Source of the DNA: Bacteroidia bacterium
GTDB taxonomy: Bacteria; Bacteroidota; Bacteroidia; Flavobacteriales_D; Sanyastnellaceae
Length of the DNA: 64,000 bases
Assembly (NCBI GenBank): GCA_030427925.1
Contig: JAUICJ010000001.1
Location: 235,388-299,387 of the forward strand
Reading direction: 5' to 3'
Below are positions 55,014 through 64,000 of the stretch, piece by piece; positions within the stretch are counted from its first letter, which is position 1, and each line of letters begins with the position of its first letter. The position numbers and the translations under genes are program-made. The notes under the pieces are model-generated. The model was not told the origin of the DNA, searched no databases, and saw only the letters and a list, made by a program, of their open reading frames with translations.

Positions 55014-55906
55014 GCGAAATGACGTTTGGGCCGGACCGGGTGTTTGCCGGGGTGGAGGCCGAATTTGGGGAGCGCGCGAGCGCTCGGGCGGTGCTGATTC
55101 CGGTGCCGTATGACGGAACTTCCACGTGGGGCAAGGGCGCGGATGCGGGCCCGGCGGCTTTGCTGGACGCGGCCGACAACATGGAGTTGTACGACATCGA
55201 AACGGGCACGGAAGTGTACCGCGAGGGCGTGCACCTCGCAGCCGCCGTCACCGAGGCGAGCAGCCCTGAAGCGATGACGGATGCCGTGCGCGCTGCGGTG
55301 GCGGAAGTCCTGAGCGAAGGCAAGGTGCCCGTGGTGCTCGGCGGGGAACACAGCGTGTCCATCGGCGCGATCCAAGCGGCGGCGGCGAAGCACCCTGACC
55401 TCACGGTGCTGCACCTCGATGCGCACGCGGACTTGCGTTCCGCCTACCTCGGTTCGGCGTGCAACCACGCGTGTGCGCTGCATTGGGCGTCCCGGAACTG
55501 CAACCTCGTGCAGGTGGGCATTCGTTCGATGGACGTGAGCGAACGGGAGTTCGAGCAACCCGGAAACGTGTTCTACGGGCAGGACTGTGCCGAGCGCCCA
55601 GACGACGAATGGATGGAGGCGGCGCTGGCGGCCCTCGGTGCGCCCGGCACGCCCATGTACTTGACGATTGACCTCGACGCGTTCGACCCGGCGTTTGTGC
55701 CCGACACGGGGACGCCGGAACCGGGCGGGCTCAGCTGGTATCAGGTGACGCGCCTGTGCCGGATGGCCATGGAGCGCTTCCACATCGTGGGCTTCGATGT
55801 GGTCGAATTGGCGGCGCATGCCGGCAGCAAGCCCAGTGATTTTCTCGCGGCCAAATTGGTCTACAAACTCCTCACCTACGCCCTCCGCCCGGAGCCGGTG
55901 AAGTAA
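55010..55906 (+). CDS. speB: Agmatinase (ureohydrolase family)
   Basis: ATGA overlap with speA. Motifs GGEHSVS, LHLDAHADL, and DLDAFDPAFVPDTGTPEPGG. Confidence 0.85.
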   Translation: MSEMTFGPDRVFAGVEAEFGERASARAVLIPVPYDGTSTWGKGADAGPAALLDAADNMELYDIETGTEVYREGVHLAAAVTEASSPEAMTDAVRAAVAEVLSEGKVPVVLGGEHSVSIGAIQAAAAKHPDLTVLHLDAHADLRSAYLGSACNHACALHWASRNCNLVQVGIRSMDVSEREFEQPGNVFYGQDCAERPDDEWMEAALAALGAPGTPMYLTIDLDAFDPAFVPDTGTPEPGGLSWYQVTRLCRMAMERFHIVGFDVVELAAHAGSKPSDFLAAKLVYKLLTYALRPEPVK

Positions 55907-55918
55907 CCCCTCAGCATC

Positions 55919-56899
55919 ATGGAATCAACCGGATTCATCCGCTCGTTCACGGAGCGACACTACAAGCACTTCAACGCCGCCGTGGTCCCCGAGGCCGCAG
56001 CCGCTTACGAAGCCCACCTCACCGCAGGGGGCAAAATGATGGTCACCCTCGCTGGGGCGATGAGCACCGCTGAATTGGGCAAATCCCTCGCCGAGATGAT
56101 CCGCCAGGACAAAGTGCACATCATATCGTGCACGGGCGCCAACCTCGAGGAAGACATCATGAACCTCGTGGCGCACAGCCACTATGCGCGGGTGCCGCAC
56201 TACCGCGACCTCACGCCGCAGGAAGAGCAGGACTTGCTCGACCGGGGCATGAACCGCGTGACCGACACGTGCATCCCGGAGGAGGAGGCGTTCCGCCGGC
56301 TCGAAGACCACATGGTCGACCTGTGGAAGGCTGCGGAGGCGGAGGGCCGTCGGCATTTTCCGCACGAGTACTTCTACCAAGCCCTGAACAGCGGGGTGCT
56401 GGAGCAGTACTATGAAATCGATCCGAAGGACAGCTGGATGGTGGCGGCCGCGGAGAAGGGATTGCCCATCATTTGCCCCGGTTGGGAGGACAGCACGCTC
56501 GGGAACATCTTTGCCGCGCATTGCATTGCGGGGGACGTGGTGCCTGCGACGGTGAAGAGTGGCATCGAGTACATGATTTGGCTTGCGGACTGGTACACGG
56601 AGACCACGTCGGACGGCACGACCATCGGGTTCTTCCAGGTGGGCGGGGGCATTGCGGGCGATTTCCCGATTTGCGTGGTGCCGATGCTGCACCAGGATTT
56701 GGGCCGAGAAGAGGTGCCGCTGTGGGCCTACTTCTGCCAAATCTCCGACTCCACCACCTCCTACGGCAGCTACTCCGGCGCCGTTCCCAACGAGAAGATC
56801 ACGTGGGGCAACCTGGGCATCGACACGCCCAACTTCATCATCGAATCCGACGCGACCATCGTGGCTCCGCTCGTGTTCGGCTGGCTGCTCAACTGGTGA
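55919..56899 (+). CDS. Deoxyhypusine synthase-like protein (probable homospermidine synthase role)
   Basis: The DHS-family core is TLAGAMSTAELG...IISCTGANLEEDI...GGGIAGDFP. It lies in the polyamine operon. Confidence 0.8.
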   Translation: MESTGFIRSFTERHYKHFNAAVVPEAAAAYEAHLTAGGKMMVTLAGAMSTAELGKSLAEMIRQDKVHIISCTGANLEEDIMNLVAHSHYARVPHYRDLTPQEEQDLLDRGMNRVTDTCIPEEEAFRRLEDHMVDLWKAAEAEGRRHFPHEYFYQALNSGVLEQYYEIDPKDSWMVAAAEKGLPIICPGWEDSTLGNIFAAHCIAGDVVPATVKSGIEYMIWLADWYTETTSDGTTIGFFQVGGGIAGDFPICVVPMLHQDLGREEVPLWAYFCQISDSTTSYGSYSGAVPNEKITWGNLGIDTPNFIIESDATIVAPLVFGWLLNW

Positions 56900-57192
56900 T
56901 GGCTCCTTCCAATTCCACCCCCATGCGCCGCGTCATCAAAAACTACACGAACATCGAAAAGCGCCACATCGACTTGATTTCGGCGGCTTTTCCGGAAGGG
57001 TTTAGCGATGACGATTTGCAGTTGCTGACCATGCCCAACGGCCAGTACCTGCGCGCGCTCGAAGTCCGAACGGACGACACGGTCTACCTCTTCCGCATCG
57101 ACTCGGAGATGATGGAAGTCCTCGAGGAAGCGACGGACGACGACTTCACGATGGACGTCGACAGCGAGCTGCCGGAGGACGACGAGGATTGA
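56899..57192 (+). CDS. Small acidic hypothetical protein (97 aa)
   Basis: The ATG at 56899 overlaps the DHS-like stop by 1 nt (TGATG). Very acidic C-terminus (DDDFTMDVDSELPEDDED). Confidence 0.55.
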   Translation: MAPSNSTPMRRVIKNYTNIEKRHIDLISAAFPEGFSDDDLQLLTMPNGQYLRALEVRTDDTVYLFRIDSEMMEVLEEATDDDFTMDVDSELPEDDED

Positions 57193-57204
57193 CCGCAGTC
57201 GCTC

Positions 57205-59385
<2,181 letters not shown>

Positions 59386-59558
59386 GGACCAAATGTACCA
59401 ACCCCTCCCCGGACCCCCCGACGCAATTTGCAGGCGCATGCAACGAATTCACAAGCGCTACGCCACGCGCCGGCTGCGAATTTTTTCAGCATTTGGTGAA
59501 CGGTCGACGCGTGGAATGGCTATCTTTGTCCTCGCTTCGGAAGAAGCACCAGCATTGA

Positions 59559-59632
<74 letters not shown>

Positions 59633-59637
59633 CTTAT

Positions 59638-59672
59638 AAAGCCCCGTTCGCCATCCGTGAACGGGGCTTTTT
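59638..59672 (+). terminator. Rho-independent terminator after tRNA-Val
   Basis: AAAGCCCCGTTC...GAACGGGGCTTT hairpin followed by a T run. Confidence 0.75.
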
Positions 59673-59701
59673 GATTGCGGTTCGTGACCTAACTTGGCCG
59701 G

Positions 59702-61762
59702 GTGAAAGTGATTCGAAGCGTTGAACGGGCCTTGGATGTCAGCTTGGTTGCGGCCGGGGTGGGGATGTGGTTGGCGTGGTTTGGGCCGCTGTTTCAGCGC
59801 CTCGGCTCGGTGATTCTGAGCCCAGAGGGGGATGGGTTGAAGAACACGTTTACGTTCGTTTGGCAAGTGGTGCACGGGGACTCCTACACGGAGTTTTCGG
59901 GGATGAACGCACCTTTCGGAGAGCACATCTGCTACACCGATGGCCATCCTTGGCTTGCGGCGTTGATGCAGGCGACGGGACCCTGGTCCACTGAGCAGGC
60001 ATTGGCGGTGCTGAATGGGTTCACGTTGTTGTCGGTGCCGTTGAGTGCTTTGGCCTTTTTCATGCTCTTTCGCACTTTTGGAGAACGCCGATTGGCGCGG
60101 GCCCTTCCGGCCGCGATTGCATTGTCCTTCATGCAGCCTGCGGTGATGCGCTTGGGGGGACATTACGCCTTGAACCACGTGTGGATGTTCGTTGGCTGTT
60201 GGGCGCTGTTGCGCGTGGCCCGCTCTCTCGCTCGGCCCCAAGGGGCTTTCATTGCGCTCTTTTTACTTCAAAGCCTCGCCTGGTTCACGCACGCCTACCT
60301 CGGGGCCATGAGCAGCGGCTTTGTTTTGCTGGTGAGCGGGTTCGAGGCGGCGCACCGGCGGACGTGGCGATTCGCCGTGCCCGCCTGGATCAGTTTGTGT
60401 TCTGTGGCCTTGTTCAGGGGCTTCATTGCGGTTACGGATCGCCATGAAGGGCGGATTGAGCATCCGACGGGGTTTTGGCGAGGGCACGGGGAGTTGCAGG
60501 ATTGGGTGGTGCCAGTGGTAGGGCCGATGCGTTCGTTGGTGGATGGGTTGGGGAGGGTGAGCTTGACGTGGGAGGCTTCGGCGTATATCGGGGTCGGAAC
60601 GATGGCCGTGTTGGTGGGTTTGGCCGTGAGGCGACGTGGGGCGGGCGTTGGACAGTATGAGGTGTTGGCGGCGATGGCGTTGGGCTTGGTGGCGCTGGGG
60701 TTGCCGTGGCGGTGGGTTCCGGAGGCGTTGGAGGCCCTGCCCGTTTTCAAGCAGTTCCGGGCGGTGGGTCGGTTTGCCTGGCCGCTGGCGGCCGTGGCGG
60801 GTGTGGCGGCGTTTGGGGCGGTTCGGAATCGGCCGTGGTTGCTTCGGTTGTTGGTGGTCAGCTGGTTGGTGGAAGGTGGGGCTGTGCTGCGGATGGCGTC
60901 GACATGGTCGGCTCCGTCGCCTTTTTTGGACCAAACCCTTCCCGTCCCACCCGACGTCCACGCCATCCTTCCTTTGCCGTTCACGCACTACGGTTCGGAG
61001 GCGCATTCCTTACCGCGCCGGGAAGAGGCGATGCGGGTGGCGACGGTGGTGGCGCAAGCAACGGGCATTCCGATGATGGCTGCGAACCTGACCCGGGTTG
61101 CGGTGCCTGAGGCCCGGGCGCAGCTCGCTCAGTTTGGCCGGCCGGGTGGGACGCGGTTTGGACTTCCCTTGGATGCGCCGGTTTGGGTAGTGCGTTCTTC
61201 AGAGCCGCTCCGAGACCACGAAGCGCGACGTTTTCTCGATCGCCCCGATTCGGTACGCACCCCGTTGCCCGTCGAAGGATGCACCGACGCTTACCGATGG
61301 GAGCCGGCGCGCTGGGATTCTCGGGAATGGGTGGAAGGGCCGGAGATTTGGTCCGAGGAATTCGAAGGCCTACCAGGGGGTTGCTGGAGCGGAAGCCCGC
61401 AAGGCCAAATCCCCATCGCCCGCATCCCTTGCGATTCGTTGCCTCCGGGTCGGTATGCCGTTTCAACTTGGTGGTCCACCACAGAACCGGGAGGCTTCAA
61501 TAACCGATTCGCTTGGCAACTGATGCGCGGGAAACGCAAGGTGGCGTGGGCCTTCCCGGAAGAAGCGGTTACATTCAACGCCGCTTGGTGTGAGTCCGTC
61601 ACAGAATTCGACCACCGCAACGGGGTGCAACCAGGCTTGGATTTGGTGCTCGCAGCGGGACCGCATCACAACGCGGAACTCCATTTGCACCGAATCACGT
61701 TGCGACGGGTGTCCCCAAAGCCTCCGCCAGATCGAACTCTCCCACTCACTCCCTGGCGATGA
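59702..61762 (+). CDS. Large polytopic membrane protein with C-terminal soluble domain, unknown function
   Basis: 686 aa with a GTG start. There are about 10 or more hydrophobic segments in the first 400 aa. It may be related to glycosyltransferase or polymerase-like proteins, but the family was not recognised. Confidence 0.6.
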   Translation: MKVIRSVERALDVSLVAAGVGMWLAWFGPLFQRLGSVILSPEGDGLKNTFTFVWQVVHGDSYTEFSGMNAPFGEHICYTDGHPWLAALMQATGPWSTEQALAVLNGFTLLSVPLSALAFFMLFRTFGERRLARALPAAIALSFMQPAVMRLGGHYALNHVWMFVGCWALLRVARSLARPQGAFIALFLLQSLAWFTHAYLGAMSSGFVLLVSGFEAAHRRTWRFAVPAWISLCSVALFRGFIAVTDRHEGRIEHPTGFWRGHGELQDWVVPVVGPMRSLVDGLGRVSLTWEASAYIGVGTMAVLVGLAVRRRGAGVGQYEVLAAMALGLVALGLPWRWVPEALEALPVFKQFRAVGRFAWPLAAVAGVAAFGAVRNRPWLLRLLVVSWLVEGGAVLRMASTWSAPSPFLDQTLPVPPDVHAILPLPFTHYGSEAHSLPRREEAMRVATVVAQATGIPMMAANLTRVAVPEARAQLAQFGRPGGTRFGLPLDAPVWVVRSSEPLRDHEARRFLDRPDSVRTPLPVEGCTDAYRWEPARWDSREWVEGPEIWSEEFEGLPGGCWSGSPQGQIPIARIPCDSLPPGRYAVSTWWSTTEPGGFNNRFAWQLMRGKRKVAWAFPEEAVTFNAAWCESVTEFDHRNGVQPGLDLVLAAGPHHNAELHLHRITLRRVSPKPPPDRTLPLTPWR

Positions 61763-62309
61763 ACGCTTCACCGATGGGAGCGTGGCATGCACGGTGCGAT
61801 TTCCCGAATGGGCACCCTCAGGGCTGACGCACCCAGAACTGCAGGTCGGTGTCCATGGGAACGGTCTGACCGCAGGGACCTGTTGGGCATCCGTGTCATG
61901 CGTGGGCATGACGTCGTTTTGCCAAAGGATCGTTCACACCGCCCATCAAACTCCTGTTTTTCATCAATGAGCGCCAAAGTCAAGGCTGTCCAGGTGGTTG
62001 CGATGCGCCCATCGTTTGGGTTCGATCGGACTGCCAACCGTTGAACACGCGGTAAACGCCGCTCCCGGTGTTTTGCGCAAAACCAAGCCACATCTTCGAA
62101 GCATTCGTTGTCGAAGCGCAACGATTCCGATGTTAGTCCCCGTTTTCAGGCGAACAAATGCTCAACACTGACTGACCGATGCGAAATGCCTACCACCGAT
62201 TCATTCGGAATCAATGCCCGAATCTGGACGTCATTTTTGATTGACAGGAGATGAGGAATACCTGATTTGCGCGATGTTCTTGACAGGGAATCGGTCCTAT
62301 TTTTGGGCC

Positions 62310-62594
62310 ATGTTAGTGCGCTTGAGCGAGATGAAACCGATGCAACACGGCACCATAGAGCGGGTGAACCGTCCAGAAATGGTGTTGGCCTTGATCGAGA
62401 TGGGCTGTGGAATCGGTGAGCGGGTAGAGGTGGCACACACCACGCCAGGGCGAGGTCCGATGGCGATTTTTTCTTGTGGCAGGAAACTCGCGTTGCGCCG
62501 AGAAGCGGCCAACGAGCTTTGGGTTCGGGTCGGTGGTGTTGAGGCGGTCGAACGCGCAGAGCCTGTGGTTGCTTCGGTGACCCGTGTCAGCTAA
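62310..62594 (+). CDS. feoA: FeoA-domain protein
   Basis: The ATG at 62310 gives MLVRLSEMKPMQHGTIERV...LIEMGCGIGERVEVAHTTPGRGPMAIFSCGRKLALRREAANELWV, the FeoA SH3-like pattern. Confidence 0.75.
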   Translation: MLVRLSEMKPMQHGTIERVNRPEMVLALIEMGCGIGERVEVAHTTPGRGPMAIFSCGRKLALRREAANELWVRVGGVEAVERAEPVVASVTRVS

Positions 62595-64000
62595 GGAGCT
62601 GGTAAACAACGAACGCAGCGAAGTAGGCAAAAGCCGAAAAACCGATGGCCTGCCCCAGCGCCCAGGTCCACGATTTCAATTCCCGCTGTACGATGGCGAC
62701 GGTGCTCATGCATTGCATCGCGAAGAGGTAGAACACGATGAGCGATGCCGCGGAAGCGACGTTGAGCAGGGGCTTGCCGGTACGGGGGTGGACTTCGGTG
62801 GAGAGGCGGGCTTGCAAGGCCGTGATGCTCCCGTATTCACTTCCTGGTGTGGGGTAGAGCGTGCTGAGGGTGCCGACGAAGACTTCGCGGGCGGCGAAGG
62901 AAGTGAGGATGGCGATGCCGAGGCGGCCGTCGTAGCCGAGGGGGCGGACGGCGGGCTCGATGAAGGAACCGATTTGGCCCATCCACGAGGCTTCCATCAA
63001 CGCTGCTTCTTTTTCTGCGGGCGTGCCTTCAACGGCGCGCGCAGCGGCCATTTCGTCCGATGGGCCGAAGCGCCCCAGCACCCACAGGACAAGGGAGACG
63101 ACCAGGATGACGCGGCCAGCGGAGTGAACGAAGGTCCAGCCCTTGCTCACCATTTCGTGCAGGACCGAGGTCCATTGTGGCCAGCGGTAGACCGGCCATT
63201 CCAGGGTGAAGCCGCCTTCATTGCGTTTGGGGAGGGTGCGGTGCAGCAGGGCCGCTAAGGCGAGTGCGGCCAATGAACTCACGACGTACAAGCCGAAGAG
63301 GAAGAGGCCTTGCAGGTTGAAGAGGCCGGCTACGGTTTGGTCCGGAACGATGAACGCGATGAGGAAGGCGTAGACGGGCAGGCGGGCGCTGCAGGTCATC
63401 AGCGGTGTGACGAGGATCGTCAGCAGCCGCTCCCGCTTGCCGGGAATGGAACGGGCGGCCAACACCGCGGGCACCGCGCACGCCATGCCACTGACGAGGG
63501 GAACGAGGGATCGCCCGGTCAGGCCGAGCCGCTGCAAGAAGCGGTCGCCGAGGAAGCCCACGCGCGCCATGTAGCCCGTCGATTCGAGGATGGCGGTGAG
63601 GCCGAAGAGGATCATGATTTGGGGCACAAACACGACGATGCCCGCGATGCCCGCGAACAAGCCGTCCACCAACAAGCTGCGCCACCACGTGTCTGGCAGG
63701 CGTTCCCCCGCCCATTGCATCCCCCGCGAGAACAGGGCGTCGACGGCGTCCATCGGCCAAGCGGCCCACGCATAAACGGCTTGGAAAATGCCGAAGAACA
63801 CGAGCGCGACGATGGCGTGGCCCCAAATGGGATGGGTCAGGATGGCGTCCACGCGGGTGGTTCGGGAGGCCGCTTGCGCATCGGTTTGTTGTGGCGTGTC
63901 CGGGACGAGCGGACGAAGAAGGGCCATGCGGGCGCCGACTTCATGCAATTGCAGGCCGGCGGGAGTGGCGGGGGTGCCGTCCTCGTTGAGGAGCAGGTTG
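62587..64000 (-). CDS. feoB: Ferrous iron transporter FeoB, C-terminal membrane part (partial; continues beyond the window)
   Basis: Gate and nucleoside-recognition-type membrane motifs (VVFVPQIMILFGLTAILESTGYMARV, LVSGMACAVPAVLAAR, TPLMTCSARLPVY). The reading frame stays open to position 64000. Confidence 0.85.
   Translation of the reverse strand, partial: NLLLNEDGTPATPAGLQLHEVGARMALLRPLVPDTPQQTDAQAASRTTRVDAILTHPIWGHAIVALVFFGIFQAVYAWAAWPMDAVDALFSRGMQWAGERLPDTWWRSLLVDGLFAGIAGIVVFVPQIMILFGLTAILESTGYMARVGFLGDRFLQRLGLTGRSLVPLVSGMACAVPAVLAARSIPGKRERLLTILVTPLMTCSARLPVYAFLIAFIVPDQTVAGLFNLQGLFLFGLYVVSSLAALALAALLHRTLPKRNEGGFTLEWPVYRWPQWTSVLHEMVSKGWTFVHSAGRVILVVSLVLWVLGRFGPSDEMAAARAVEGTPAEKEAALMEASWMGQIGSFIEPAVRPLGYDGRLGIAILTSFAAREVFVGTLSTLYPTPGSEYGSITALQARLSTEVHPRTGKPLLNVASAASLIVFYLFAMQCMSTVAIVQRELKSWTWALGQAIGFSAFAYFAAFVVYQLLS

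Noticed and set aside
61768-62121. 117-aa minus-strand ORF in the gap before feoA
   Set aside because: It has no recognisable motif, a Cys/Arg-rich irregular composition, no obvious start context, and a competing ORF of similar length on the plus strand. I treated the region as non-coding or decayed sequence.

Overview
This is a high-GC chromosomal segment; GC was judged by eye and not computed. It looks like Bacteroidota: there are T9SS C-terminal sorting domains, three FISUMP-domain lipoproteins, and an arginine decarboxylase/agmatinase/deoxyhypusine-synthase-like operon. I call about 47 protein genes, 3 tRNAs (Met-CAU, Arg-CCU, Val-GAC), one IS1595-type transposase, one gene relic, one pair of 108-bp direct repeats and several intrinsic terminators. 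I saw no CRISPR array or rRNA. Many of the long ORFs in the supplied track are antisense or out-of-frame shadows of real genes, which is typical at high GC, and I discarded them. Several ORFs were trimmed to internal ATG starts that abut or overlap the stop of the upstream gene (ATGA or TGATG junctions).

Main blocks:
- 1.4-5.9 kb: a YdeP-type molybdoenzyme operon (fdhD, NTPase-MobA fusion).
- 7-12.7 kb: an AT-richer stretch with two tRNAs, three membrane-anchored HTH-tailed proteins and tandem FISUMP genes.
- 14.3-23.9 kb: a six-gene beta-glucan (laminarin-type) operon with no SusC/SusD (GH17, GPH/MFS transporter, GH30, a clan GH-A enzyme, GH17, and a roughly 1170-aa GH149-like phosphorylase).
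- 27.8-30.7 kb: a 2,793-bp IS-linked insertion bracketed by 108-bp repeats.
- 32-40.8 kb: the most interesting region. This AT-richer island encodes a TPR/cold-shock-domain protein, a RecD-like helicase with a tandem unknown C-terminal domain, a RecQ-like helicase fused to a degenerate ComF-type PRTase, a DprA/Smf-like protein, a Pif1-like helicase and a HEPN/MNT pair. I read it as a candidate composite anti-phage or conflict system built around a PsyrTA/RqlHI-like core.
- 40.8-64 kb: mostly housekeeping or secreted functions (GH2, a reprolysin-like protease with dockerin-like tail, desaturase, TonB-dependent receptor, polyamine operon, canonical recQ, feoA/feoB).

All functional calls come from motif and family recognition by eye. 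No searches were run.
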